A stretch of DNA of 64,000 nt, from positions 25,150 through 89,149 of the forward strand of contig PEWV01000025.1 in NCBI GenBank assembly GCA_002780005.1, in the 5' to 3' direction. The notes beneath the pieces are model-generated. The model was not told the origin of the DNA and ran no database searches. It was given only the letters and a program-made list of their open reading frames with translations. Made by a program: the position numbers and the translations under genes. This DNA comes from Candidatus Aquitaenariimonas noxiae. GTDB taxonomy: Bacteria; Omnitrophota; Gorgyraeia; Aquitaenariimonadales; Aquitaenariimonadaceae. This document shows, one piece after another, positions 45,054 through 56,396 of this stretch (position 1 is its first letter; each line of letters begins with the position of its first letter).

Positions 45054-47114
45054 TCAATGTTCCTCTAAGAATATCGGGCTTTCTGTCAGGTCAAGCCTTA
45101 CCCTCAACTTTTTTGGCTCGGCTTTTTTAGAATTCCCCATAAGATCAACAATCTCTACTGTTTTGCTTTTTACAGGCAGGCCTAAACTTCTCTTCCCCTC
45201 TAAAGACCATAAAATAAAAACACGTTTATTTTCATTTTCGAAAATATAGCCTCTTAATGGGTCTCTTAAATCTAGCCGGCCGCTATACCGCAGGCCTTCT
45301 ATCCGGTCAATCATATTTGCATAAGCAATGGCTGCCGGTCTAGGCGTAAAATCATTGTTTATAATACCAAAATTCTGCTCGAAAGCCTCGGGATCAGATC
45401 CTTGGTTTTTAAAGCAATGCAAGAACACTTTATCCACTGCAGCGTTTGATAAAGCGATCACATACCCCCTCACCAAGAAATTAGCCTGATTCTTGAGGCT
45501 TAGGAATGAATTCTTATTTTCCTCATAAGTAGACCATCCTATTTCCGTAATGAATATTTTCTTACCCGACCCGCCGTTCTTATTCATCCTCTCTACCGCA
45601 TCATTGATCTTTCTCTCTAAGGTATTATTTTTTTCCGGATAGTCGGATTCGGTATAGGGATGTATCGCTGCAATATCGAAATAATTCCCGCCGCCTTCCT
45701 TATAGATATGGTCAAGAAACCAAAATCTATTATTTTTTCCGCCGCCCAAACCTCCGATTATTACCTTAGACGGTTCGTTTATCGCCTTTATTGCTTCGTA
45801 GGACGCCTTGAGAAGTTTAGTATAATTTGCGGCATTAGGGCCGCTCGGCCAGAATCCCCACAGGTCCGGTTCGTTCCAAATTTCCCAGTATTTTATCTTA
45901 TCTTTATATCTATAAGCAACATGTGATATAAAGCCTCTGAAACCCTTTATGGCTTCCCCGGAACCGGTTGTCACGCCTGAGGTGTTATCCTCCAGAAATG
46001 TGCCGCATATATTTATGCCATTCCTATAGCATTCACTGACAAACAGATCACACTTTTCCCAATTAAACTTGCCTGACTGTGTTTGGGCATACGACGGCCG
46101 AAAATCATGCCTAACCCAGCTTATTCCGAGCCGTTTTAATGTTTTTATCAGGCGGCGCGAGTCTTCTTCCAAGAAAAAGGCCGTAATGCCGAAACGGGAC
46201 TCGAAAGATGTCTCGTGATTATATTCCGGGCAGATTGCAAAACTAGTCCGATTATCCTCAATAAGTTTGCCCTTTTTATAAAGCCCAATATAAGCGAAGA
46301 AGACGCCGTTTTTGGCGATTTTTGTCTTTATCTCATACGGTTGGATCGTGTTTTTGGAAACATTTATTTGGTACTCGCCGGTCGAAACCGTTTCTCCGTC
46401 CAGATCGGTTATTTTATACATTAATTTATACAAAATATCATTGTCTTCGCGATTATATATATTCAAAACAATAGGTATATTTTCCTTTTGGCTAAAAATA
46501 TTGCAGGAATTGTTTTCTGCGATCGTCATGAAAGGAACGGAAACGGAAACATAACTGACATACTCATCTCCGTCGCTTCTATTGTTTATCCTAAAATCTC
46601 CTCCGCCGCTGTTCAGGAGAGCTTGCTGGGCAGGCCCGCACCCTTGCCGGTTAGCAAATTTGACACTACGAACCCTGGTTGTATAAGTTTTCCATGTCCT
46701 TGTATCCTGTTTTTTTATTATTCTGCCGGCACGCTTGAACGCGCCGTCATTAGGCCAGAGATATCCTGAATCATACTGTATCGCAAAGGTATCCGTTCCT
46801 ATGTCAAAATATTCAATTGTCAATATAACCTCATTGAAGCTTTTATTGAATATAAACGAATCATCTACATCAAAAACTATAAAATTATTCCCTTTTCCGG
46901 AGTCTGTAGCGACGCATTTCTTGCCGGCAATTTCTTTTTTTATCATAATGTCGTTATAAAGAAGTTTTATGCCGGCGGATTCATCATATCCGGGTTTTAA
47001 CCATACGCCGCGGGCCTGGCTGTAATTAGAAACGCCTTCAGCCGTTTTATTAAAAATAAAACAACCTGCCAGAATCAGTAAAATGCATGCTATTATTTTT
47101 AACTTTTGCGTCAT
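45054..47114 (-). CDS. Secreted clan GH-A glycoside hydrolase (GH39/GH5-like) with N-terminal beta-sandwich
   Basis: Signal peptide; WEIWNEPD acid/base, HPY, ITEIGW nucleophile, NFGI. Confidence 0.8.
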   Translation of the reverse strand: MTQKLKIIACILLILAGCFIFNKTAEGVSNYSQARGVWLKPGYDESAGIKLLYNDIMIKKEIAGKKCVATDSGKGNNFIVFDVDDSFIFNKSFNEVILTIEYFDIGTDTFAIQYDSGYLWPNDGAFKRAGRIIKKQDTRTWKTYTTRVRSVKFANRQGCGPAQQALLNSGGGDFRINNRSDGDEYVSYVSVSVPFMTIAENNSCNIFSQKENIPIVLNIYNREDNDILYKLMYKITDLDGETVSTGEYQINVSKNTIQPYEIKTKIAKNGVFFAYIGLYKKGKLIEDNRTSFAICPEYNHETSFESRFGITAFFLEEDSRRLIKTLKRLGISWVRHDFRPSYAQTQSGKFNWEKCDLFVSECYRNGINICGTFLEDNTSGVTTGSGEAIKGFRGFISHVAYRYKDKIKYWEIWNEPDLWGFWPSGPNAANYTKLLKASYEAIKAINEPSKVIIGGLGGGKNNRFWFLDHIYKEGGGNYFDIAAIHPYTESDYPEKNNTLERKINDAVERMNKNGGSGKKIFITEIGWSTYEENKNSFLSLKNQANFLVRGYVIALSNAAVDKVFLHCFKNQGSDPEAFEQNFGIINNDFTPRPAAIAYANMIDRIEGLRYSGRLDLRDPLRGYIFENENKRVFILWSLEGKRSLGLPVKSKTVEIVDLMGNSKKAEPKKLRVRLDLTESPIFLEEH

Positions 47115-47116
47115 TT

Positions 47117-48241
47117 TTATAATGTTAGGCGCTTTTTTTCCAACTCTTTTTTTGCCTTCTCGAACAAATCTTTGGATTTTTGCGTTTTAACCCACTTTAT
47201 GAGGTCTTCTGTTCCGTCTTCAAACCTTACCTTCGGCGTAAATCCCAATCTTTCTTTTATTTTTGTTATATCCGCGTAACAATGCCTGATATCTCCGGCC
47301 CTGAATTTCTTTGTCACTACGGCTTCTTTATCGAACTCTAGTTTTTTGATAAGGATATTTACCAGATCCAAAATAGTAAGCATGCGGCCGGTCCCTACAT
47401 TAAAAGCTTCGTAGTCCGCCTCCCTTTTCTCCATGGCCAACATATTAGCCTGGACTATATCTGACACATGAACGAAATCTCGCGATTGATAACCATCCTC
47501 AAATATAACCGGGGGCTTGTTGTTCAATATCCGCGACGAAAAGATAGCGGCCGCGCCCGTATAGGGATTGGAAAGGGCTTGCCTGGGCCCGTATGTATTA
47601 AAATACCTCAAGGCAACAACCGGAATCTTATAAGCCCTGCCGACGACTAAACTCATCTCTTCCTGGTCGCGTTTGGAGATCGCGTAGATAGAGGTAGGAA
47701 ATAAAGGTTTCCCCTCTTTGGTCGGGATCGGCTTTGCCGTTTTATTGCATTCCGGGCATTTCATTTCCCATTCTCTCGATTCGAGTTGTTTATCCGATCT
47801 TAAAGACGGATATACAATACCGCATTTATCGCAAACGTAAGAGCCTTCTCCGTATATCGACATCGAAGAGGCAACCAACAGCTTCTTCACTTTATTTGAT
47901 TCGTTTATCAGTATATCGAGCAGCGTTGCCGTTCCGGCCGTATTAACATACATGTACTTTTCTATTTCATACATGGACTGGCCTATGCCGACACATGCGC
48001 CTTGATGAAAAATCACATCGATTCCTTTTACGGCTTTCTTTAATTTTTCTCTGTTTCTCACGTCGCCTTTTATAAATTTTGCCTCTTTGTTTACATAAGA
48101 AGGGATCCTACCTCCTCTACCGTGAACCTGGGGGTCTAAATTATCAAATATCGTTACATCGTGGCCTTTTTTTAACAAGGCATCCACTAAGTGAGAACCT
48201 ATAAAGCCCGCGCCGCCTGTAACTAAGATCTTCGCACCCAT
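47117..48241 (-). CDS. NAD-dependent epimerase/dehydratase (extended SDR)
   Basis: VTGGAGFIGSH, ASSMSIYG, YAISK, LRYFN.YGP. Confidence 0.92.
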   Translation of the reverse strand: MGAKILVTGGAGFIGSHLVDALLKKGHDVTIFDNLDPQVHGRGGRIPSYVNKEAKFIKGDVRNREKLKKAVKGIDVIFHQGACVGIGQSMYEIEKYMYVNTAGTATLLDILINESNKVKKLLVASSMSIYGEGSYVCDKCGIVYPSLRSDKQLESREWEMKCPECNKTAKPIPTKEGKPLFPTSIYAISKRDQEEMSLVVGRAYKIPVVALRYFNTYGPRQALSNPYTGAAAIFSSRILNNKPPVIFEDGYQSRDFVHVSDIVQANMLAMEKREADYEAFNVGTGRMLTILDLVNILIKKLEFDKEAVVTKKFRAGDIRHCYADITKIKERLGFTPKVRFEDGTEDLIKWVKTQKSKDLFEKAKKELEKKRLTL

Positions 48242-49188
48242 TATATACTCCTTTTTATTGATACAAACTGATCTAATCGCCCTTCGCCGAAATTACCTGA
48301 TAAAAAATCAACGAATCCTAAAAATATCGCTTTTGCATATTCCGCCTTACCGGTCATGATAAATTTAAGGGAATAAACAAAATTTTTAATGATATAAAAT
48401 AAGAAAAATGAAGGCACGAACACTTTCGGGCAATCTTTAGCCATAAAAAGCAAAATATTTCTTGTGTATAAATAGTATTCTTTAACCGATTTTTCGCCAA
48501 AGGTTATACTTATCTTGTGCCAAATCTTTGCCTTAGGAACATAAAGAACTCTGAATCCTGCCTTTCTCGCCCGAACACACCAGTCCGTATCCTCATAATA
48601 GATGAAAAAGCGTTCATCAAGCATGCCTATTCTTTCAATAACTTCCCTTTTTATTAAAAGAGAGCTACCAGTAACGCCGTGAACTTCCTGAGGTTCGCTG
48701 ATAATTCCTTTTGAAATAGCCTCGAGCGGTTCCTTCTTTGTAAAACCTGTAAACCAGTTAAACGAGGTGCACACAGTTATGGCTTTATCGGGATATTCGA
48801 AAGAATAATTTACCGCTCCGACCACGCCTATTTTCGCATCGGGTTCCGCCACGTTTATCAGTTCGCGCAAGACACCACTGTCCACCTTTGTATCATTATT
48901 TAAAAGAAAGATATAATCCGTTCCGCGGCTAAGGGCGTATCGGATTCCCACATTGTTCCCTCCGGCAAAACCCAAATTTTCCTTATTTCTCATCAGCATT
49001 ACATTTGGAAATTTCGCCGCTATTCTATCCGGCGAACCGTCTATTGAACCGTTATCCACGAGAATAATTTCATAGTTTTTATAATCGAGCGCCTTTAGCG
49101 ACTCAAGGCATTTGGTTGTGTCTTCCCCTTGATTCCAATTGATCGTGATTATATATATTTTTGGCTCCCTTGCGCTATCGGTTCCCAT
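48241..49188 (-). CDS. Glycosyltransferase family 2
   Basis: INWN, VDNGS.D, NLGFAGGNN, LNND, YYEDTDW. Confidence 0.92.
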   Translation of the reverse strand: MGTDSAREPKIYIITINWNQGEDTTKCLESLKALDYKNYEIILVDNGSIDGSPDRIAAKFPNVMLMRNKENLGFAGGNNVGIRYALSRGTDYIFLLNNDTKVDSGVLRELINVAEPDAKIGVVGAVNYSFEYPDKAITVCTSFNWFTGFTKKEPLEAISKGIISEPQEVHGVTGSSLLIKREVIERIGMLDERFFIYYEDTDWCVRARKAGFRVLYVPKAKIWHKISITFGEKSVKEYYLYTRNILLFMAKDCPKVFVPSFFLFYIIKNFVYSLKFIMTGKAEYAKAIFLGFVDFLSGNFGEGRLDQFVSIKRSI

Positions 49189-50398
49189 TTTTTTTCTTTT
49201 CTTTCAAGGCCTTTTCATATTCCACTTCGATCGAGCTAACCATCTTGTCCCAGGCATACTTGGTCTGGGCTTTAAATTTTGCTGCTTTTCCTAAGTGGTT
49301 TCTTAATTCTTCATTTTTTAAAAGTTCAACCACTTTTTTTGCAAAATCTTTTGGTTCATCGGCGATTAGAATGTCTTTTCCGTCGCTGAAATCCAGGCCC
49401 GTTGCTCCAACGGTTGTAGAGACAATGGCCTTCCCCATGGCCCACGATTCCATTATTTTGAGCCTGATCCCTCCACCCACCCTCAAAGGAACAATAACAA
49501 CGCTTGAACGCGCTATGAGAGATTTCATGTCGTCAACATACCCTGTCACGGTAACGCAGGGATCACTAACGAGGGCCTTTATATCAGGAGGCGGAGACCC
49601 TCCGGCTATTATAAGTTCGACTTTCGGAATTGATTTCTTTATTAGCGGAAATATTTCATTATAAAAATATTTTATCCCGTCGTAATTAGCGAAAAAACTC
49701 ATCGTTCCGAAGAATATTATAGAGTTTTCTTTCGACTTCATAGCATAAGAGCCGCATGCCTCAATATCCACGCCCATGGGTTGCAGCACAACATTCGCCT
49801 TTGGCGCCATAAGCTTTATCCTATCTATATCGCCCTGAGACAGCGCGAGGCACATATCAAAGTGTTCCAGTACGAATTTTTCATATTTTTTCATTCTGCT
49901 TAATTCAAAAAACATTAAAATTTTCAATAGCGGATCCCTTACATTTACATAATATTCCTTATACATGAAGTACTCTACATTATGCGTATCCAAAAAGGTC
50001 GCCGTAGAAGGCGGGATCAGCGGCTTTAATTTAAGCACGTACTGCGCCATATAGTAGAATTCAGCTTGTATTACATCGAATTTCTCTTCCTTAAGTAATT
50101 TCCTAAGCCTCTCCATAAGCAGGGGTGAATAATATTTAATAGAGGTGTAAGGATCTGTTTTATATATAGCCATAATGAAATTTTTCATTGACCACTTGGG
50201 CCTCATTCTTACCGTTTCGACCCTATGGCAGTACTTTTTCAATTCGTCGACGTATTTTAGGCTTTCGTCGTTCGGAATTAAAGAAAAAAGCGTTATCTTA
50301 TGTTTCTTTGAAAGAAATTTAATAAAATTGAATATTACGATTTTGTTGCCCTGATCCGGCGGGTACGGTAATCTTGGTGTAATGAATAATATGTTCAT
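49175..50398 (-). CDS. Glycosyltransferase family 4
   Basis: PYPPDQG, DTHNVE, PLRVGGGIRLKIMESWA.GKAIVST. Confidence 0.9.
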   Translation of the reverse strand: MNILFITPRLPYPPDQGNKIVIFNFIKFLSKKHKITLFSLIPNDESLKYVDELKKYCHRVETVRMRPKWSMKNFIMAIYKTDPYTSIKYYSPLLMERLRKLLKEEKFDVIQAEFYYMAQYVLKLKPLIPPSTATFLDTHNVEYFMYKEYYVNVRDPLLKILMFFELSRMKKYEKFVLEHFDMCLALSQGDIDRIKLMAPKANVVLQPMGVDIEACGSYAMKSKENSIIFFGTMSFFANYDGIKYFYNEIFPLIKKSIPKVELIIAGGSPPPDIKALVSDPCVTVTGYVDDMKSLIARSSVVIVPLRVGGGIRLKIMESWAMGKAIVSTTVGATGLDFSDGKDILIADEPKDFAKKVVELLKNEELRNHLGKAAKFKAQTKYAWDKMVSSIEVEYEKALKEKKKNGNR

Positions 50399-50400
50399 AT

Positions 50401-51552
50401 TTAACCTGCTTTCTTTAATAATGACAAATACAAATTTTCGTATTCAGCGGCCATCTTTTTTGCAGTGAAACGTTCTTCGACTGTCTTGCGGGCAGCAAGC
50501 CCTATACCTCTCACCCTTCCTTCGTCTGTCAAAAGCTCCGAAATAATGTTTTTCATGGAATTTATATCCCCGATCGGAACTATAAATCCGTTGCGGCCGT
50601 TTTCTATCACTTCTTTAATACCTCTGACTTCTGTTACAAGAAGCGGCTTTTTAAAATACATCGATTGCAGCGCTACCAACGGAAGCCCTTCGTGCAAAGA
50701 CGTCAAAACGGATATATCCAGCAAGCTCAGGTACGCATTAAGCTCTTTTTTAATATCGCACTCGCCGGATATAATCAATCTATTGCCAAGCCCGAACTGT
50801 AATTTTAACCTCTCAGCTTCCGCTTTTAACGGCCCATCGCCCACTAAAATAAAGGTAACGTTTGGGATTTCTCTCGTTACCTCGCATGCCAACCTAACAA
50901 ACGCAGAGGGGTCTTTCTGCGGAACCAACCTGGCTATCATGCCGACTATTTTATTTCCCGCCGGGATATTATACCTATCTCTAATAAATGCAGGGTTTTC
51001 TTCTTTCAATACGCTTGTATCTATACAGTCATATATAGTAACTACCTTCTCGGGCGGCGATATCTTTCTTCTTATGATTTCCCTTCGCTCTTCCTCTGTC
51101 ACAGTCACTAGCATATTTCCGAAATAGCACGCGAATCGTTCAAGGGCTATATAGAAGTCCTTTTTCAAGGGCGGCAGAGGCTCGTCAAAATACCAATTAT
51201 TCGGCGTATGAATAATCGGGCTTATTCCAAGAAGCCTTCCGGCTATTCTGGCAAGAAACCCGGCCTTCGAACAATGCGTGTGCAATATATCGCATTTTTC
51301 TTTCTTAAGCATCGCAAATATAGAAAAAAAGCTTTTTACGTCAGCACCGAAATTTATGTCCCGCTCCATCCCGAGAGGGATTACGCGCACGCCAAGATCG
51401 CGCAAATCATCTAATAAAGGTCCCCGTTCCGGCCCGGCGAATGTAATTTCGAATTTGTTTTTGTCGGTATAATGCATCAAATCCATCAAAAACCTATAGA
51501 TGCCAAATTCCGTCGCTCTTGAAATGTGTAATAATTTTATTTTTTCAGACAT
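50401..51552 (-). CDS. Glycosyltransferase family 4
   Basis: HTHCSKAG, ARLVPQKD, S.HEGLP, NG.IVP.GD. Confidence 0.9.
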   Translation of the reverse strand: MSEKIKLLHISRATEFGIYRFLMDLMHYTDKNKFEITFAGPERGPLLDDLRDLGVRVIPLGMERDINFGADVKSFFSIFAMLKKEKCDILHTHCSKAGFLARIAGRLLGISPIIHTPNNWYFDEPLPPLKKDFYIALERFACYFGNMLVTVTEEERREIIRRKISPPEKVVTIYDCIDTSVLKEENPAFIRDRYNIPAGNKIVGMIARLVPQKDPSAFVRLACEVTREIPNVTFILVGDGPLKAEAERLKLQFGLGNRLIISGECDIKKELNAYLSLLDISVLTSLHEGLPLVALQSMYFKKPLLVTEVRGIKEVIENGRNGFIVPIGDINSMKNIISELLTDEGRVRGIGLAARKTVEERFTAKKMAAEYENLYLSLLKKAG

Positions 51553-51565
51553 TGCAAAAAGTGCA

Positions 51566-53002
51566 CTACGCCCCTTCCCTTGCCGAAGTAATCAAATCAA
51601 CTAATTTTCTAAAACCGACATTTTCCCTGAAGGCCCTCTCAATAAAAGGTATCGTGTAAAGATACGCAAATATATACGCCAGGGGGCCGTACCTTTTTAA
51701 TTTTCTCCTGACGGATCTTTTTAATATGCCTTTCCTCACCATATCCGAATGTTTAAATGTTTTGATTCTTTCTTTGACCGAAAAATCTTTTGTTTCGTAA
51801 ACAGGCTTAAATATGAAACTCGTAAAATCATTAAGATATTTTTCTGGTTTGATTAAAAAAAGTTTATTACTTTCCGCCCACCTGAACAACTCTGTTTTTG
51901 GATAAGGTATAGGATTAAAAAACTTGGCTTCCAGCACGGGATATTTTAAAGCGACCTCGAAGCTATCTTGGACCGTATCTATAGTTTCTCCGGGCAAACC
52001 GATAATAAAGAACAAAGTAACATCTAATCCGGCTTGGCAACCTATATTTATAGCCTTCTCCAGTATTTCCCTCGTTTCACCCTTCTTCATGGCTTGTAAC
52101 ACAATATCGTTCCCACTCTCTACACCAAAAGCTATGTGGCAAAAACCCGCATCTTTCATATGTTTTAATAACGCGATATCGACTTTATCCGCACGCAATC
52201 CGTTTCCGCACCGGAGCTTTAGATTTTCGAGTTTTCGCCTAATGATCTCGTCGCAAATCATGTGGACGCGCTCTTTATCATACGAAAAATTATCATCCGC
52301 CATTTCTAACCTTCTACATCCACGCTTATACCAGTATTCTATTTCATCAGCCACATGAGCCGGACTACGCATTCTCACTCTTGCTCCGCTCGCCAACCTT
52401 ACCGTACAATAAATGCACCCGTAGGGGCAACCTCTGCTTGTAATTAAATCGATTTCACGCAGCATATATTTATCAAGCTCAAATTTGAAATAAGTAGGAA
52501 AATTTATTGAGTCTAAATCAGTCTCGAAGGCTCTGTCGCCATTGTATTTTACGGCATAGCCATCTCTGTACAGAAGGCCTTTTATTCCGGCAACATCTAC
52601 GCCTCTGCATAGCTCTGGAACTGTTTTTTCGCCCTCACACACAATGCCATAATCAATAGCTTCGCATTCTTTAAGCGCGGCCTCTCGCATAGTAGAAACA
52701 TGTGCCCCGCCCAAAACAACTTTTATATCCGGAAACTTATTTTTTATAGAGGCCAATATGCCATATGTATTTTTATACATATATGTCATCATGCTTACGG
52801 CTATTAAATCCGGGATATAACTTTCTATTTTTTTGAAAAGAGCTTTGGCATTATAGCCTAGAGCCATATCGAATACGTCGTACTCGATATTCTCTCTTTT
52901 TAACGCTTCGGCTACATAACCTAAACCGGTAGGAGGGCGAAATGCACCAAATCTTGTATGCGGATAATATGGATTTACGAAGAGAACTTTTTTATACTTC
53001 AT
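51566..53002 (-). CDS. Cobalamin-binding radical SAM protein
   Basis: N-terminal B12-binding region (GGAH, EGE) and TSRGCPYGCIYC CxxxCxxC motif. Confidence 0.92.
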   Translation of the reverse strand: MKYKKVLFVNPYYPHTRFGAFRPPTGLGYVAEALKRENIEYDVFDMALGYNAKALFKKIESYIPDLIAVSMMTYMYKNTYGILASIKNKFPDIKVVLGGAHVSTMREAALKECEAIDYGIVCEGEKTVPELCRGVDVAGIKGLLYRDGYAVKYNGDRAFETDLDSINFPTYFKFELDKYMLREIDLITSRGCPYGCIYCTVRLASGARVRMRSPAHVADEIEYWYKRGCRRLEMADDNFSYDKERVHMICDEIIRRKLENLKLRCGNGLRADKVDIALLKHMKDAGFCHIAFGVESGNDIVLQAMKKGETREILEKAINIGCQAGLDVTLFFIIGLPGETIDTVQDSFEVALKYPVLEAKFFNPIPYPKTELFRWAESNKLFLIKPEKYLNDFTSFIFKPVYETKDFSVKERIKTFKHSDMVRKGILKRSVRRKLKRYGPLAYIFAYLYTIPFIERAFRENVGFRKLVDLITSAREGA

Positions 53003-53011
53003 TATACAATT

Positions 53012-54400
53012 CTAGGTCTTATGTTTATCGATCAGGGCGACCGCCCCTACCAGGAAGCCTATTACAATCGTTCTTCCCGGAAAGCTTAACTCGGGCCCGG
53101 TAAAAGAAGCTGCTGATAACGCCACAAAAGCGACTACGCAACTTAAAGCAAATATACTATAGTATTCATTTTTTGTAGCCTTACACACTTTCAAACCATA
53201 AAAAATAAATGCTACGGAAAACCATAAGATAGCGATAAGACCAAAAAGCCCTGTATTCAAATAATAAAACAGGTAAGAATTATGAATATAGACTGAGGTG
53301 TCGATCGGCATTTTCGCCCTATCATATCTAATATAAGAGACCTGAGTACCTAACCCATTGCCCATAATTGGGTGTTGGCGTATCTTTTCTATTGCAGCCT
53401 TCCATTCGGAAAATCTAGTCACGGCAGTCGGCTCCTCGGACGGTCTTAAAATAGTGGAAAAACGTTCGCTTATCAAATATGGAAGCCTGAACAATAAATT
53501 TTCATAAGGAAAAAAGGAGCTTGCTTCTATATATATGCATACTAAAAGCAAAACAATCAAGATATACTTCAGAAAACGCATTTTTCTCATAGGCGTTAAT
53601 ACCAAAAATAGGAATATTATGCCTGCGATGCTTCCCAACCAGCGGCTTCGGACGAAAGCGACTACTTGTTGAATACCAAAAAATAGCGTTGATAGCACAT
53701 AAAAAATTTTAACCTTATTATCCTTTGACAAAACCGCGAACGGGATACTCATCATAAAAATAACCAATCCCGCGGAACTCGCACGCGCTATTCTTGGAAT
53801 TGCTGAACCGCCTATGTATACAGTTTTAGGGTCTACGGCTAAATTATAAAAAACACCCCTTACCACAGCAATTAAGGTAAAAATAAACAAGACTATAAAG
53901 ATTCGATTCAGATCTTTCAAAGAACGCAGATAGCCTGCAATTACAAAACATATGGCATAGAATGAAATAAGATTAAGATGGCTTCCCCACGCTAAAAGAG
54001 GCCTATCTTTACTAATAGCTATAAATACAGAATATAAAGTTACTACAAAAAACAGCGCTAAAGGAAAAAGTGTCGCAGAACCCAATTTAGGCAATTCATC
54101 TTTAATGGCAAGGTCGGAAATACTCTTGATCATCCAGCATGTAAGCAATAACACAAATATGCCGCTATAAACCACTTCCAGGAAGGCAATACCGCTGCTA
54201 TTGAACCACAAGATCTGAAAAGGCGTAAAGGCTAGCAACATACTCACCAGAATCCATGGTGCCAAGACTGCAAGCATAAGAACTATAATACCCCCTGCTA
54301 TCATAAGCCCTGAGAACGGATCCATAAGGATCACGTAACCAATACTCACAGCTATAGCAATAAGAAAAAATGTGGTTAATAAATTATTTTTTCTTTCCAT
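53012..54400 (-). CDS. Wzy polymerase / O-antigen ligase-like membrane protein
   Basis: About 12 TM helices; HPIMGNGLG and HNSYL...TGLFG motifs. Confidence 0.85.
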   Translation of the reverse strand: MERKNNLLTTFFLIAIAVSIGYVILMDPFSGLMIAGGIIVLMLAVLAPWILVSMLLAFTPFQILWFNSSGIAFLEVVYSGIFVLLLTCWMIKSISDLAIKDELPKLGSATLFPLALFFVVTLYSVFIAISKDRPLLAWGSHLNLISFYAICFVIAGYLRSLKDLNRIFIVLFIFTLIAVVRGVFYNLAVDPKTVYIGGSAIPRIARASSAGLVIFMMSIPFAVLSKDNKVKIFYVLSTLFFGIQQVVAFVRSRWLGSIAGIIFLFLVLTPMRKMRFLKYILIVLLLVCIYIEASSFFPYENLLFRLPYLISERFSTILRPSEEPTAVTRFSEWKAAIEKIRQHPIMGNGLGTQVSYIRYDRAKMPIDTSVYIHNSYLFYYLNTGLFGLIAILWFSVAFIFYGLKVCKATKNEYYSIFALSCVVAFVALSAASFTGPELSFPGRTIVIGFLVGAVALIDKHKT

Positions 54401-54409
54401 AAATATACC

Positions 54410-55330
54410 TCAGGCATTCTTCTTCGCAAAAGACGCTGTAATGGAAGCCCCGCCAGGGCTCAGTTCTTCAAGACAACTCAATATCATCACGGGCGCTACT
54501 ATTATACTCTTAATAATAAAAGATATAAGCCATTTTTTATCTTTAAGCTTTTCGGTAAACGCCGCCCTATTCACGATATTAAAGTTCAATAAATTCAATA
54601 TGCTCATCATCCACCCAAAATAAGTATCCACGAATAAATGGTAATTTATGTCTTTAACGAGAAACCCTGATCTATTAAACATGTATTCAAGGCTATATTT
54701 TGAAAAATGGTAGAGATGGCGAGGAACATCTAGATGATACCATTTATCCTTAAAAATCCTGGCTTGGATGCTGTCAATATTCGGAACACATACAATAAGT
54801 GTACCGTCTTTTTTTAATAATCCCCCAATTCTAGATAAAACCGCCTTAATGTCGGGAATGTGTTCCAATGAGTGCCAAAATGTAATTACGTCGAAATAGT
54901 TCTCGGGATAGGAAATATCCGTTATGGCTTCCGTGTCGATCTTCATCCCAAAGTCTTCTAGAGCAAACCGCGCTACATTTTCTGATAAATCGAGCCCTTT
55001 CACTTCCCAGCCCTCTTTTTTCAAGCTATTCAAAAAAAGAGGATAACCGCAACCCACGTCAAGGATCCTGCCTTTTCCGCGCGCGCTCGTAAATTTTTTA
55101 AGTATATTCAGTTTATTCCCAAGCCTTAGGTCAGTCTTGTCAAAATAAACATTGCTTGGATAAAAATCTTTTATCTTGTTGGCATCGGGTAAGAAATTGA
55201 GAAAAATAAAATTGCATTCCTTGCACTTTGAAATTTCATATTTATCGCCTACTTTCATATTATAATCTTTTGCGATATACAATACGTCATGATTATCCGC
55301 TCCGCATATAGGGCAATTAAGATATTTCAT
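54410..55330 (-). CDS. Class I SAM-dependent methyltransferase with N-terminal Cys cluster
   Basis: CPICG...CKEC, ILDVGCG, HSLEH, VPN, PRHLYHF. Confidence 0.88.
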   Translation of the reverse strand: MKYLNCPICGADNHDVLYIAKDYNMKVGDKYEISKCKECNFIFLNFLPDANKIKDFYPSNVYFDKTDLRLGNKLNILKKFTSARGKGRILDVGCGYPLFLNSLKKEGWEVKGLDLSENVARFALEDFGMKIDTEAITDISYPENYFDVITFWHSLEHIPDIKAVLSRIGGLLKKDGTLIVCVPNIDSIQARIFKDKWYHLDVPRHLYHFSKYSLEYMFNRSGFLVKDINYHLFVDTYFGWMMSILNLLNFNIVNRAAFTEKLKDKKWLISFIIKSIIVAPVMILSCLEELSPGGASITASFAKKNA

Positions 55331-55347
55331 TTTTTATAAGGCCTCAC

Positions 55348-56376
55348 TTATATACATGCAACTCTATATTTAACAGAGCCACACAACCTGCCAACATCGA
55401 ATATAAATCTTTCCAGGGTCCAATATAATAAAATACCGATATACGAAAATAAATTAACCCGTACCCCTGACTTCGCTGTAATATTCAATACTTTGAGAGC
55501 TATACCAAGGATCGAAGAAGCCAATATGAGCATAGCTAACCATTTATTAAAAAAACTCACTATAGCTGAAACTAATAATATATTTATAACGGAGAAAAAA
55601 TACAACTGCGTTCTAATGGGAGAATTAAAATGTATCACTTTGCCGCCAAAAAAAAATATATTAAACCCGGTGCAATAGTATTTCTTGAGAAATCTGGCTT
55701 CCAGTAACCCTGAGGAAAAAGTTTTTTGAAAACGGCATTTGAACTCTTCTCTGTGATCATGAACAACCGTTAATTCAGGATTGTAAATGGCCCTTTTCCC
55801 TATCTTATATATTCTCTTGCACAAATCCGCGTCCTCGCCCAACCTCATCTCTTCATCAAATTTTCCGGCCTTAAAAAATAAGCTCTTCGATACGGCAAAA
55901 GTTCCGCCCAATAGAAATCTATTATCCTCGACACGCGCCCCGATAGCTTCTCTTTTGCCGAAGCTCGCCTTCCCTATGATATTTAGATAACTTCCAATAA
56001 AATTTGTCATATCGAGTCCTTCATATGTGCCGCCGGCTATTTCGCAGCCGCCAGAGAATTCATTATCAATGATCTCTATCCAATTCACCGGAGGAATGCA
56101 ATCTGCGTCTAAAAAAGCTATTGTATTATTGCTTGCGAGCGAAGCGCCTTTATTTCTGGCTGCGGAAGGGCCTTTTTTAATTTCTTTATCCAGGATTATG
56201 TTTAAAGAAGGGTTAGTCTTCGCGAATTCTTTTACTTTTTCCGCTGTCTTATCGGAGGAGCCGTTGTCTACCACTATGATCTCTCTTGGAATTTTTTTCT
56301 GATGCAAAAGGGCGTTAAGGGTTTCGCTGATCGTGCCTTCTGCATTGTATGCCGGGATAACAACGGATATGTTCAA
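55348..56376 (-). CDS. Glycosyltransferase family 2 with C-terminal TM helices
   Basis: SVVIPAYN, VDNGSSD, ARNKG, FLDADC, GEDAD. Confidence 0.9.
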   Translation of the reverse strand: MNISVVIPAYNAEGTISETLNALLHQKKIPREIIVVDNGSSDKTAEKVKEFAKTNPSLNIILDKEIKKGPSAARNKGASLASNNTIAFLDADCIPPVNWIEIIDNEFSGGCEIAGGTYEGLDMTNFIGSYLNIIGKASFGKREAIGARVEDNRFLLGGTFAVSKSLFFKAGKFDEEMRLGEDADLCKRIYKIGKRAIYNPELTVVHDHREEFKCRFQKTFSSGLLEARFLKKYYCTGFNIFFFGGKVIHFNSPIRTQLYFFSVINILLVSAIVSFFNKWLAMLILASSILGIALKVLNITAKSGVRVNLFSYIGILLYWTLERFIFDVGRLCGSVKYRVACI

Positions 56377-56396
56377 GGCCGCTCCTTGTGGTAAAT